Assembly: GCA_013265495.1 (NCBI GenBank)
Contig: MU058221.1
Coordinates: 1,488,001 to 1,552,000, forward strand
Direction: 5' to 3'
DNA length: 64,000 bases
Source: Vicugna vicugna
Lineage: Eukaryota
Below the pieces are notes generated by a model. It saw nothing but the letters and a program-made list of their open reading frames with translations, did not search any database and was not told the origin of the DNA. How positions within the stretch are numbered: position 1 is the first letter of the stretch; every line of letters starts with the position of its first letter. Made by a program: the position numbers and the translations under genes. This document shows, in pieces, positions 49,609 to 63,054 of the stretch.

Positions 49609-50519
49609 CTATTATTCTCTGATTTTTAGACCCTTGTTTTGACTCCTTCACATTTTCCTTGGCAGCAACCTAAGAAGGGAAGAGACACGGCAAACTTGGG
49701 AACGAGGGCCACGCTATTCCCAGTGGGCTTGTGGTCTGCCTCCGCCCTTCAGGCTGCCCCGGGCCTCAACAGCTCGCATCCTGCTGAGCGGCCTTTTATG
49801 CTCGGTCCTGTTTGGGGCAGAAATAATTCTCTCTGGAAAATCACAGAGACGCTGGTTGATCTCCTTCCCATTTGTCCTCACAGACTGGAAAACACAAATT
49901 GCACAGCTTGGGACCGTCCCCACCTGCAGTGATTGAAGACTTCTTTTTTTCGGCGATTTTCAGGTCTTTCCTACTGGCTGCCTCACCATCTTTTCAGTCT
50001 CTTTGCTCCAGATATGAAGCATTTGTGTGATTGTGTCCCGTTGGCTTCCCTGCACTGCTTCTAGGAAAGATGAGGTAGAAACCAAGACTTTATCACTGTT
50101 TTGGGTTTTTTTTTCCTCTTTTTGTCCCTGGTCACCACTTTTTTATTTTTAGTTATGGAATAAGACCATGATCCTTTCTTAGTTTCAGCAATATATGTAT
50201 TGTACGCTAGTTTCCATCTTATTTTTTGTTCATTTTAGGGAAGGGACTTTTTTTGAAATATTTCATGTTCTTAAAATCCTCGTGCCCTCTGGCTCCCCTC
50301 TTGTTGAATCAATGGGTCTCTATGCAGCAAGGGGAGGACAAATTACCCGCTAGAGAAACAAAATCATTTCTCAACTTTGACTGTTATTTCTTCTTTACTT
50401 CTTGCAAAGCAATAGTTTTGAAAGCCAGGCGCTGCTTTAAAAATAAAAAAAAGATAAAATAAAAGATTTTACAAATTCCTCGAGCTCCCACTAACCTATC
50501 AAGAGCAGTGTTTATCTAC

Positions 50520-51097
50520 CACATGCTTCCACTCATTGGAGAATCTAAAATAGACTCAGAGAAGCAGAGGAATGTGGCTGCCAGAGGTTGCAGAGAGGAA
50601 AATGCGGAGTTGCTGTTCAGTGGGCTTCAGTTATGGAAGATGCATAAAGTCTAGAAAGCTGTTGTGCAACACAGTGCTGTACTAGTAGCACCGTCTTGTG
50701 CACTTAAAACGTGTTAACATACAGCCTGGGCAACACAGTCAGCAACTTTGTAACAACCTTGGTGACGGATGGTAGTTGGACTTATTGTGGTGACCATTTT
50801 GAAATGTACATAAATATTGAAGGACTATGATGCACACCTGAAACTAGTATGACATTGTAAGCAAATTATAGTTCAAGAAAAATAAAATGTGTTAAAAGGA
50901 AAGACCCAATGTTAAGGGTACTTGCCATTAAAAAAGGGCATAATGGAGCTTTCAGACATTATGGTGATGTTTATCACCTCGATTCAGTGATAGTTTTACA
51001 GGTACGTTTCTATGTTCAAATTCACCAAACTGTATATATTACAAATATGCAATATTTTTTACTATGTCAACTATACGTCAATAAAGTTTTTTAAAAA
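50520..51097 (+). mobile_element. L1MA10/L1MB-like 3' end
   Basis: tggctgccagaggttg…ggagttgctgttcagtggg…gtgcacttaaaa…tatgtcaactatacgtcaataaag. Confidence 0.8.
50718..50883 (+). mobile_element. Younger 5'-truncated L1 3' end nested in the older L1
   Basis: TSD aaaacgtgttaa (50706-50717) / aaaatgtgttaa (50884-50895) at a TT|AAAA site; ends acacctgaaacta.tatgacattgtaag. Confidence 0.85.
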
Positions 51098-51136
51098 GCT
51101 ATGATTATGTACTTGGATGTTGCCTTTCCTACAAGC

Positions 51137-51325
51137 CAGTGCTTCTCAAAGTGTAGTGCTTGGACTAGAAGCGTGAGTATCAACCTGGAACTTGTTAGAA
51201 ATGGAAATTCTTGGGCTCGTCCCAGAACAACTGAATTGGGAACTCTGGGAGTGGGGCCCAGCTCTCTGTGGTCCATCAAGCCCTGCAGGCAATTCTGCCG
51301 CCCAGTGAAGACTGAGAACAGCTCC
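51137..51325 (+). mobile_element. MER5A (hAT-Charlie MITE)
   Basis: cagtgcttctcaaagtgtagt…ggaacttgttagaaatg.aaattcttgggc…actctgggagtggggcccagc…ctgagaac. Confidence 0.85.
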
Positions 51326-52854
51326 TGTGAAGGCAAGTGCTGTAAGGGAAGATAAATAGAGCTCAGCGATGATGCATATACAGAAAATCACTGAAAACGT
51401 GAAAAAGGCAAAAACCCCACCTCTCCAGCCTCAGAGGCAATGGGAAGGAAAAGTGAGGAACTGTGACCAGTGGAAATATCCCCATGTATGTGGGGACCAT
51501 GAAAATACCGGAGCCTCGGCCTGCTGTCCTGGGCATTGTCTGGAGTCTGGGTGGAATACAGATCTTAGGGGAAGTCCCATGTTTACTTAGTGCTATGCTT
51601 CAAATGATGCCAGAGCAATACAGTGTGGTTGCAGGAGGTGCTTGGTGAGACAGAGCACGTGGGGTAATGCTGCTGCCACTCCATGGCTTGTGCAAGGTGG
51701 GCAGGACACCGAGATTTCCCTTTTTGACCCTCACAAAGGGACACAGAAATATGGAAAGTACTGTCAGAGACTTGCGGCTGGGAAGAAGAGAATGCCATGT
51801 GTGGAAAACTCAATGACAAGAGAGGATAACAAGTGATTGATAAACATCTGGTCAATTATCAGTAGCACTGGGCACTGGCACATCCCCAAAGGCCAGGCAG
51901 GACCTGGTATGTTGCAAGAGGGGTCAGTGTGGGCAGAGCCTGCTGCCTGGACATGAGTGAGCTGTAACAGCTCAGCTGGGGCCCTTGGAGAGACACAGGA
52001 TTTGTTCTCCAAGCCCACAGTCCCTGTGAAGACTCATGTCCACCATAACCAGGCACCATACTGTGAAAGAAGAGAAAGAAGAAGGGAGAACTCTTTCTGA
52101 GAATTTGATTTTTAATTGATGCAATTTTTACAAACAAGGGAAAATCTTCATGCAAAAAGGATATTTAAAGTAGTGATCGTTGACTTACCATTGAGTGACA
52201 AGTTTAAACCCCTACCTCATTATCTCCTGTCTTGCTCCCAGCTGGGGTCTAGAGGATGGAGAGGAATGATATCCGTTATGGAAAACAATGCTTCACGTTC
52301 CAGTAGCTTAATATAAATTTGAGTTAAATGTTCAATCTCACTGGATCTTCTTAATTTTTAAGGATGAGGACTTGAGATTCAACTTTTTTCCACCCTTTTA
52401 CACTGGCTATTTAAATACTTTCATTGACTCTGAGTATGTTTATCAAATTACTATTAAAAGATATCGTTTGAGAAAAAGAATAATCCTTCTTCAGTTACAT
52501 ACTGAGTGCATATATTTCCCCTGGGTTTATTGTTTAATTTATTTTTAGCTGAGTTGTCTTGAATTCGCAAGGTGCATGTTACCATGACAGCTAACTGTAG
52601 ATTCCTTGATGGCAAGAATGATTGTGGCAAAGACATTTTCAAGACAGTGATGAAATAGATTACTCCACCTCCATCTGTAACGCCTAAAGGTGCTTTCCAG
52701 ACAGAGGGAGCGTGGAAATTATACAGTCACATTCAGGGCTTTGACTGCACTTGGCCTGCGTGTGGATGTACGAAGAACTGGTGGTGGGCTGAGAGACGTT
52801 CCACATATAATTGTTGGGAATACGAGACAAAAAGAATGCTGATGTCATGTGTTT

Positions 52855-53300
52855 GCTTAATTCATTAGAAAATATAGTTTAAGTGATTACTTTATGTCAG
52901 TGTTAAGCCCTGGGGACCTTGAGAGGCAGATGGGAAGATGGCGGCTACTCTCAAGTGACTTGCTCACAATACAGCTCAAAGGCAAAATGTAAATGATAAC
53001 AGAATAAATAATAATTTCTAAAAATGAAAATGTAGTCAAAGTGTCGTTGTGTCATAGGAAGAAAGATGTGCTAAGTCAGTGTGGACGTGGTCGAGGAGAC
53101 CTCTTAAAACATCTGAGCTAAGTGCTTTTAAAGGGCAGTTCTAGGGGAACAAACAGGAGTAACATATTCCAGGAGACAGGGTTGGTTCTTTTCCTAGATA
53201 TGCTTTTGAGGAACATTGGAAATTTAGAGTGAACTACTGCCTTGTAGCTGCAGGGATGAAACTGTAAGAACCAAAATTGTCAAATCTGGAAGACTGAAGG
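52855..53300 (-). mobile_element. L2 3' fragment
   Basis: ttaattcatt…tttaagtg.ttactttatgtcag…ccctggggac…ctctcaag…catctgagctaag. Confidence 0.5.
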
Positions 53301-53944
53301 ATATTGGCTGATTGCTCCTCATCAGTGAAGTTGGGATGATGGTTAATTAAAAGGAGAAACTCAGAAACAGCTGGGAAATCCTGGAGTGAGTTGTGGAGGC
53401 TGTTTAATTCTCCTTCCTAACTATAGACAAACCTGCTCTCGCTGCTGATTTCTTAGGAAAAAAAGAAAAGGAAAGAAAACGCTTTTTTACAAAAAAAATT
53501 TTGTGAAAGTCAGAATTTGTATTCCTGTTCTATCAGATGACCAGCCACTGTTTCCTGACTTTTGAGCAACAAAATAAACCCAATAACTAACAGAGCATAA
53601 GGTGTGTCTCAAAATAACAGCCCCAGTTGAAACCAAAAATAAATCAACTTGTGTCAGTGAAGCTCCCTCTCTCCTGAATAAGCCAGAATCTGAAAGGAAT
53701 ACTCTGTGACCTGTGCTATTAATAGATTCAATTTTATATTTATGTATTTAAATCTATTCATTATAACTAAGCTTTTGAAAAGTTCTCATGTAGTCATCTT
53801 TCTTCATTAATTCGACTTCATCTAATAGGAAATATTCCCCTCAGGTTCTACAGATTCCAATTCCCATGCAAAACTCACATTCCCCATGTCCATCCTGACC
53901 AGTCATGTGCACCCAGGTTAAAGGGCTAAAGATCCAGGCCTAAC

Positions 53945-55610
53945 TCATATGGTAATAGTTTAATATTTGACTTTATAAGAAATCGACACAGTGTTTTATA
54001 AAATGATTGTAAAATGCGACATTCCCGTCAAAAATCAATGAGGATTCTATTTCTTCTGCATACCTACCAACAGTTTTCTTGTTTTGTTTTGCTTAGTGTT
54101 TTTCTTTTTCTGTTTCTTTGCTTGTTAATTTTTTTAAAAATTTGATTTGTATTATTTCTTCTAAAAGGTGTATAATAACATCTCATGGCTTTTGAATTTC
54201 CCTGATAACAAATTATGCTGAGCACCTTTTCACATGCTTATTTGCCATCTGAATATCTTCTCTGCTGAAGTGTTTGGTCAAATTTTTTTTCATTTTTTAT
54301 TAATTTAAATATCTTCCTATCGAGTTTTTAGAGTTCTTTATATTTTCTAACGACAAATCCTTTGTCATAGATAAATATTGAAAGTGTTTCATCCCACTTC
54401 ACATCTTAAGTCTATTCCCTTAACATTAGCTTTTAAAGAGCAACAGTTTACAATTTTAATGAAGTCCATGTTCTTATATTTCTCTAATATGGATTGTGTT
54501 TCTGTTGTTATAAAAAGAAATAGTTATTTAACACAAAGTTACAAAGATTTTCCCCTGTGTTTCTTCTAGAAGGTTTATAGTGTTAAGGTTTTTGTTTTGT
54601 TTTGTTTTGTTTGAAGTCAATGATCCGTTTTGAGTTGATTTTTGCATAAGGCAAGGTGTTAAAGTTTTTGTTTTTCATATGGGTAGCCAACTGTTCCATC
54701 ACCATTTGTTGAGAAGATTATTACTTTCTTCACTGAATTTCCCTTGTATGTAAATGGAAAATCAATTAATTACTTATGTGTGGGTATATTTCTAGACTTT
54801 TCTGTTTCATTGATCTATGCATTTCTCCTTCCGCCAATACCACAGTGTCCTTGATTATTGTATTTAGAATCAGGCTTAAATTTAGATGGTGTGAGTTTTC
54901 CTTTTTTGTACTTATTTTTCACAATAATTTAGACTATTCTCATTCCCTCATTTTTCATATTAATTTTGGAATCAGCTTGTTGATTTCTATAAAAAATCAT
55001 ACTGAGATTTTGAATGGAATTGTGATAAATCTATATCAAATTAGAGAGAACTGACATCTTAGTAATATCGATTTTTCTAACCCATGAACATGGTATATCT
55101 CCCCATCAATTGAGATAATCTTCATTTATTTCATTAGTGAGTTCAGATTACAGATTTAGTGTATATTTTGATTTAATACATAAGTATATTTTATGTGTTA
55201 TTTTAAATGGTACTGATTTTTAATTTCAGTTTCTGATTATACATTGTTAGTCATATAGGAAGGCCCTTGGGTTTTGCCTATAAACCTAGCATTCTGCAAC
55301 CTTGCTAAACACAAGTATTAGCTCTATCAGTTTTCTTGTAGATTCTTTGGGATTTTTCTATATTGTATTGTATTGAGAATGCAGTTTTATTTGTTCTTTT
55401 GTAAACTGTATGCATTTCATTTTTCTTTTGCCTTATTGTATCATATGAACACAGTATGTTACTGAATAAGATGTGGTGAGAGGTGTTTTCCTGATCTTAG
55501 GGGAAAATATGCAGCTTTTTTACCATTAAGTATGATATTAATTGTAGGATTTTGTAGGTGCCTTTTATCAGATTTCATTCCTGTTTGTAGTTTTCTGAGA
55601 GCTTTCCTAG
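53945..55610 (-). mobile_element. L1 ORF2 fragment
   Basis: tgagcaccttttcacatgcttatttgccatctg…gatccgttttgagttgatttttg…aactgacatcttagtaatat…ttcctgatcttaggggaaaa. Confidence 0.9.
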
Positions 55611-57639
55611 TCTGCCTTAAAGAATTTGGCTTTATCAGAGAGTTTCAGTTTCCTGCCAATTAATAATGTCTCAGCTCCTGCTCACAGAACCTGTCTGGCA
55701 ACCAGTTGTCCACAGATTCATCAGAAAGAACTTCCCACTGAGACTTTGAGATCCCCCTTACTTCTAATCCTGAAAATTAGTCCCCACACAAACAGACATA
55801 TGTTGCTTTGCTGTTGGTGTTGCTGAACTCTTCTATATATGTTTTAAATTTTTATATTTAACAGATGGATGTATAAAACTAGTTTAATCATGTATGTTGA
55901 TAAAATCAGAAATTATTATCCCCATTTTAAGGATTAGGAATGAAAAATTAATACGGTTTTGGGGTTTTTTTGTTGTTGTTGTTGTTTTTTGAGGAAGGAA
56001 TATTGAGCCCCCAAGAAGTTAAAAAATGTATAGAATTCAAATCTATTTGATCTTAACATTTCCTCTTCCTGGTAGATCATGACTTAGGCAGTGTGCTTAA
56101 TTTAATCAGGGATTTCCAAAATATTTTGGATTTATAAAAAGGGTGAAAAAAGCAGATTTGATTAATTTGAAACATTTTCTAACGATTAGTTTTTGTCTGG
56201 TTCAATCATAATTGAGTTAATTTTTGCAGTAGTACAGCAAAAACATACAGAAGACAAAGTGATCAGAAGGGATGGTAGAATCTGATGAAATAATGGAGAC
56301 CTCTAATTAAATAATGGAAATTTCAAATATACACACTAATACAGAAAGAAATCTTCCTGATAATCATTTCTTCTGACGTTTAATATTTTATTCCTGTATC
56401 ATATATGCTCAGATGATCTTAATTCTAGCTAGTACTGTGAGTCAGTTAGCATTTAAAAGAGCCAAAGCTTAAGTTAAAGATGAAGGAAGGAGCAAATAAA
56501 CTGGTTTTTATTGTTTTGAATGAAAGGGAATTTTACATGTTAAGGTGAAACACACATCCACTGCTAGATGTAAATCACTGACGTTTGAAAAACCTGTGTT
56601 ATTTGTTACTTTTGGAACATTTTCGTGACACTCTGCTTCGTATGGTGACTTTTAAAGCAATACAAAATTCGAACTGCCCCTCCGAGGACTATACTTTCAA
56701 ACATTTTAACATCTTAATGGCTTCACACTGAACCATAGAAATATTTATACATTCATTTTTCAAAGCATTTAGACTGCGGAAAGTGCATAATAAGATGTAA
56801 GAACAAATTGTGGTTACCAGAGCATAATTTTTGTGTGTCTGTGTATGCATAATGAAAGGAAGAAAAAATGCTTTACCAAAGTGTGTATGCACAGGTAGCC
56901 ATAAAATGAGAGGAAGAGAAATCATTAATAACTTTCTCCCAGGGTGTTATTTATACAAACCTCTTGACAGGCTGAAGCAACCAGGTCTCAATTGGTGCCA
57001 AGTGTTTTCCCATGGTAATGGACAAAATAACTCTGAATTTAAGAAGTTTTCAGATCTGCTACTTTTTATGTCTCCAGTATTTTCCAGTTGCTCTATCAGC
57101 CTTCAGTTTACCTGTTATCACCTGAGTGATCAAAGATGGGCTTTGTAGATCGTCATGTTTCCCTCACAGACCATTCAAATTGTCATAATAAACCTCAGAA
57201 ATGGCCTCTTGGAGTATCGTAAACAGACCCAAATGAGAATTCAGAAAATCTACCTTGCCGTGTAAATGCCAAAGCAAAGCAGCCTTACACGCACAAGGAC
57301 TAGGTAGCCATCTAAACAGGCTGACATAGGAGGCACCTGAGAGAGGTCTGTGCTAGGCAAGGATTTTGTCTACTCAGTGACTTACTTCCTCAAATGACAC
57401 ATTCAGGAGTCACTCCTTTGGCTGAAGACACTGGACTTTCTAAAATTCCAATGTTCAAAAAGCAAATAAGCCTGGAAATTAGAGTAAAAGTTCCCAATCT
57501 TGCCATTTATCCATGGCTGCTTATAGGTCAACTGATTTTATTATCAATAATCAAATTCTACCGTTTACTAAACATCTGAGTGCTGTGGCCCTCGCGCATC
57601 TGACTCCTACTCTTCTACTAGTTTACAGGACCCGTAGCC

Positions 57640-58035
57640 AAGATGGCAGGCCATCTACCCACGTGATGACCATTGCTATATTTCTGGAAGTAAGATTTGC
57701 ATGTACCGTGTGAAATAGTGAAAGGAGCACGTGGCTTTCACACCCTCAATCATGTTTACACACCTAGGATATTTTGTTGTTATTCACAATCATTTCTTTA
57801 TTCAAATTACAAAAGTACAAATGTTCAGTAGAGGCACGTGAGAATTTAGTGAAAATCATGAGGCTAAGTTCATAAAAATCTAAAAGCAAAGCCCAGTTTG
57901 TACCCTGAGTAGCTATATGACTTGATTATTTTGTCTAAATCCAGATTAGCATCTACTTTCTGTGGGATGTGTACGTTTAGAGAAGTGTGACCATTATTAG
58001 GCATGGCTACCCAAACGTGATGCATTATAACGTGC
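57640..58035. promoter_or_regulatory. Candidate E-box-cluster enhancer
   Basis: CACGTG at 57660, 57728 and 57835; AACGTG at 58014 and 58029; TGTTTAC at 57753; no repeat recognised here. Confidence 0.35.
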
Positions 58036-58619
58036 CTCATCGTCTGTATTGTCAAACAACTCATATCAAGTGGAAATTGTTCATAAATTTTGAAATAAAT
58101 TCCCCTAAAAACCATTTGAAACTTGCAACATCTTAGAGGTTATTCTTTGACCATATTTTTTCATTGTATTCTGTGATTTTTCACCAGATCAGATAGTATA
58201 CAAGTCCTTTCTTTTGTTTTATTAAAAGATAGTATATTGTAGTCAAATTCGCATGTATTTTTTATATACTTTCCATAACTGTTGTCCTATGAATGTCCTT
58301 ACTCCGTAATTTGTTTTTTTTCCTTTTTTCCCTTGTTATTCTCAATTAGACTATAAAAAAAAAACCAATCACTACTATAACGTTTTTTCCCCAGAAATAT
58401 ATATTGGGAAGAAAACTCACTTAAAAATAATTAATAGCATTTTAAAAAAATCACACACTAGTGGCAAATTAGGAGTAGATTTATTTGGCAGTTTTAGGGA
58501 ATGAGCCACTTAACTACATTCATTATTTATGCAAATATAAAAACTCTTAGAAAGTAAGAACTTCCATTCTATTTCCATTGTTGATTGGAAGTGCATTTCT
58601 CAGAATAAAAACATTACTC

Positions 58620-60500
58620 TAACACATAGAAATTCAAAGTGAAATTCGAGGCATCCAAAATTGGAAAGGAAGAAGTGAGATAATCACCACTTACAGGTAA
58701 CATGACATTATGTGCAGAAACCCTAAAGACACCACTTAAAACAATCCTTTAGTACTAAACAAATGCAGTAATGTTAGAACACAAAACCAATGTTCAAAAA
58801 TATGTCTATGTTTCTATACACTGGTAATGAACTATCAGAACAAGAAATTAACAAAATGACCCCATTTACAATTTCATCCAAAAAAAAAAAAATTCCTAAG
58901 AGTAAATTTCACCAAAGAGGTGAAGGATCTGTACACTGAAAACTATAATACATAGATGAAAAAAACTGAGGAAAACACAAATAAATGGAAAGATACTCCA
59001 TGCTCATGGATTGAAAGAAATATTAACAAAATGTGCCTGCTACTCAAAACAATTGATAGGTTCACTGCAATTTCTATAGAAATTCCAAAGACATATTTTT
59101 ACAGAACTAGAACCAAAAATTCTAAAATTTATATGGAATCACAAAGCATGCTGATTAGTGAAAGCACTCTTGATAAAGAAGAACAAAACTGGAGGCATCA
59201 TATTCCCTGATTTCAAATTATATTACAAAACTATAGTAATCAAAATATTATGGTATTGTCATAAAAAATGACACATAGATCAGTGGAACAGAATAGCGCC
59301 CAGAAACAAAACCTCAGTTTTAGAGTCAATTAATTTATGATGAAAAATCAAGAATATACAGTGGGGAAAGGGTGATCTATCCAATAAGTGGAATTGAGAA
59401 AACTGGACAGCCACATACAAAAGAATGAAAGTGGACCACTGCCTTCCGTCATACACAAAAATTAACTCAAAATGGATTAAAAAATTGAACACAGGACCTG
59501 AAGCATAAAACTCCTAGAAGGAAACATAGGCAGTAAGCTCCCTGACCTAGATCATAGTGACGAACGTTCTTGGATTTGACACTAAAAGCAAAGGCAACAA
59601 GAATAAAAATGAACCAGTGGGCCTACATCAAACTAAAAAGCTTTTCAGCACAGCAAAGGAAGCCATCAACAAAATTGAAAGGCAACCACTGAATGGGAGG
59701 AAATATGTGCAAATCCCATAGCTGACAAGGGGCTAATATCCAAAATATTAAGGAAAACATATAATCCCAACAGAAAAAAAAATCCAATTAAAAAATGAGC
59801 AGAGAACGTGAAAAGGTATCTTTCACAAAAAGACATACAGACGGTCCACGGGTGCATGAAGAGATGCTCAACATCACTAATCATCAGGGAGATGCAAATC
59901 AAAACCAGGATGTAATGAGAGACCACCTCACGCCTGTTAGAATGGCTATTATTAAAAAGACGAGACACAACAAGTGTTGTCAAAGATGTGGAGGAAGGGG
60001 AACCCTTGTGCACTGTTGGTGGTAATGTCAACTGATGCAAGCACTTTGGAAACAGTATGGAGGCTCCTAATGAAATTAAAAATAGAAACACTATACGATC
60101 CAGCAATTCCACCTTTAGATATTTATGTGATGAAACTAAAAATGCTAACATGAAAAAATATATCCCCCCTCCATGTGTATAACAGCGCTATTTACCATAG
60201 CCAAGACCTGGAAACAACCTAAATGTCCACCAACTAATGGCTGAATAAAGAAAACAGTATATATACATGCATACTATTTTATTTATATGTGTATAAATAC
60301 ATTTATTAAATGTGTGTTGTATATGACATATATATAATGTAGACTACATATATACACATATAATATATAACACACATTTATTAAATGTATGTTATATAAT
60401 ATATATAATGTAAGTTATATAATGCAATATATATGTAGGGTAATTAACATTTACACCCAATTGATGGATCATTGCCATGTAAACATATAATAAAAAAGAC
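58620..60500 (+). mobile_element. L1 ORF2 3' half (frameshifted) with an AT-rich insertion near its end
   Basis: ORF 58956-59210 reads as L1 ORF2 (NKWKDTPCSWI…AISIEIP); aaagtggaccactgcctt..catacacaaaaattaactcaaaatggattaaa. Confidence 0.92.
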
Positions 60501-60584
60501 GTTGCAGAAATGAAGAAATGGGACACTCAGCTGACATCTCTGCCCACGATGTTCTTTACCCAGTAGGGACTGGGGGGAGAGGGT

Positions 60585-61300
60585 GCAATTTAAGACGTCA
60601 ACTGCTACCATTTCTTTTCAACATTGTACTGGAGGTTCTGGACGGTGCAATTAAGGAAAAACAAATCATAATATTCATATTGGATCTGAAGAGGCAAAAT
60701 TGTCTGCATTCATAATTGACATGATTCCATCTGTAGAAAATCCCAAGGAATTTTTTTTAAAAAGACCTACTTAAATCCAATAAACTGGTTTATCAAGGTT
60801 GCAGGACTCAGGATCAGTTGACAAAAACTGATTTCATTTCAAACTACTAGCAACACACAATCTGAAAATAAAATTAAGAAAAAAATTTCATTTAAAATAT
60901 CATCAATAAAATAAAGTAATAATTAATTTAACAAAGGAGGAATTGAACTTAAACACCAAAAGCTACAAAATATTATTGAGCAAAATTAAAGATCTAAATG
61001 AATGGAGAAATGTTCCACGTTCATTGATTGGAAGAATCAATATCGTTAAGATGACAATTCTCCCCATTGATCTACAATTTTAATGCAATTGCTATCAAAA
61101 TTTACAAATTTACCTTAATATTTGTGTGAAGATACAAATAATAAACCTACATTAGCTGAAACAATTTTGGAAAAGAAAAGAGAAAGTGGAGTATTTATAT
61201 TCCCCTAACCAAAACTTACTACGAAGCCACAGCAAGGAAGACACTGTAAGTCTTGGCTCCAGGATAAGAACGTTGATCAATGGGGAGGTCAGGAGGGAAA
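60585..61300 (+). mobile_element. Second, older L1 ORF2 fragment
   Basis: ttcaacattgtactggaggttct…gacatgatt..ctgtagaaaatcccaagg…ttcattgattggaagaatcaatatcgttaagatg. Confidence 0.85.
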
Positions 61301-61656
61301 CAACATAAGAACAGAGGGAGAAGCCCTTCTTTGTCTTCGATCTGCAGTGGACGTCACATCTCTGTTGCAGGGTGGAAATACAGCTTCTGTCTGCCCGAGA
61401 ACCATAGACTCCGCCCTTTGCCCAGGGGCTTCCTCTTAATCTCCACATGTATCTCATTAGCAAATCTGGATGAAGTAAAGAAACCAAAGGATCTGTCAGC
61501 AGCGGATTTTATGGCTTACAACATGAAGAACCAGAGTCTTGAAATAGTATTCCCCACGTTAAACAGCTTGTTCATTCAGGATAAATATAATAACATTTGT
61601 TTCATGACCCGTTCTCATGTAAAACTACGCTGAAGGGAATCATGCATTATTAAGAC

Positions 61657-61707
61657 TGTGTGTGTGTGAGTGTGTGTGTGTGTGTATGTGTGTGTGTGTG
61701 TGTGTGT
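61657..61707. repeat. Interrupted (TG)~25 microsatellite
   Basis: Read directly; two interruptions. Confidence 0.95.
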
Positions 61708-63054
61708 TATCCTTTCTTAGTTCTGAGTGGGACCAGTAAATGTATCTTCTTTTTTTTTTCCCTTTGAGATTAAATCGCTCAGGCATCTCTTCCCTGCCAT
61801 ATTAGCCCCTCCATTAGCTGAAAGGATCTGGGCGTTAGCTAATAGGTATCAGGAAATAAGGAGAGAGGGAAATATGCTAATAGAAAAAGGTTAGGCCCTG
61901 GATCATCTCCAGTTTAATTTTCCATGGTGCTGCCATCAAACAGAAAATTCTGAGCGCTGGCAGTCTCACCTAATCACTAATTAGTCCTTGATGAGTAATA
62001 ACATATTTAAATGACACGCACTATATAGAGGAAGAACTTGCAGATGTGATGAGGACAAGCATTTTTGAAAAAGCCATATATTTTAAGGATAGTTCATTTG
62101 AAAAATTATTTTTTAAAATGTACAGCATTTAAGTGGTGATTATTTTGTGAAGGGTGAAAAGAGCAATCTCACTGCGGCATTTGCTTTTAGTGTCATCACC
62201 TTTGTTCATTAGCTGTGTGACCGAAAATACAAAGGTAACAGCAAAAAAATTGGCTTCTATCCCAGCTTTACAAGTTCATTTTCTCAGGGAGGGACAAAAA
62301 CAAGATGCGCTTTGAAAAGTTATGTTATTAAAATTGAGGACATCCTAAAAGGAAAGGGTATAAATACTAAAAAGTAGCTTCAATAAATTATTGTATCCTT
62401 TTATTTGGCAAAATTTATCATATTCAAAAAGTGCTTTTATAATTATTAAGAACAATTTTAAAACAGTTACTTTTTTTTTAAGTCCTATTAGGTGCTCAGA
62501 ACTCTTCCAGGTTATGCATCGCATTCACTGCTGACAACTACTTTTATGATGTTGATATACCATCACCATTTAAAGAAAAAAATAATCTTCATTCATTCAC
62601 AGAACAGTTATGGCTCCCCAAATTGGCACATGACTTGCCTAACAACACTCTGCACGCCAACAGTTTGAACTGACATCTAAACCCCTTTTTGCCTTTAAAG
62701 CACACACTCTTTCACACCATATCTGTCTCACAAAGATATTGAAAGTTAAATGCAACTGATAAATTCTTGTGCATTCAAAATGATTGTCCTTCTCATTTTT
62801 TAAATTAACATCACCGTTACCTTTATCATTATATGTTAATTGTAGAACATTTAGAAAATTACAGAAAAGTAAATGTGAAAAAGTAACGTTAAATACAATC
62901 TTAGCACCTAGAGCAATTTCACTGCTATCCTGCCAGCTCTGAGTCTGTGAATTTACGTGGGGGACACTATGCTGCAGTGCCACCGTGGGCCTGAGTCTGT
63001 TGGACAGGCTTTACGTGTTGAGAATACTTTACTCATCAGTTCTCATGGCTCTAA

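Noticed and set aside
58956..59210. ORF with L1 ORF2p-like sequence
   Set aside because: Short, frameshifted piece of a dead L1; not a functional CDS
59666..60151. Longest ORF in the track (161 aa, minus strand)
   Set aside because: It is the antisense reading of L1 ORF2 ([19 protein letters not shown] text), a well-known spurious peptide
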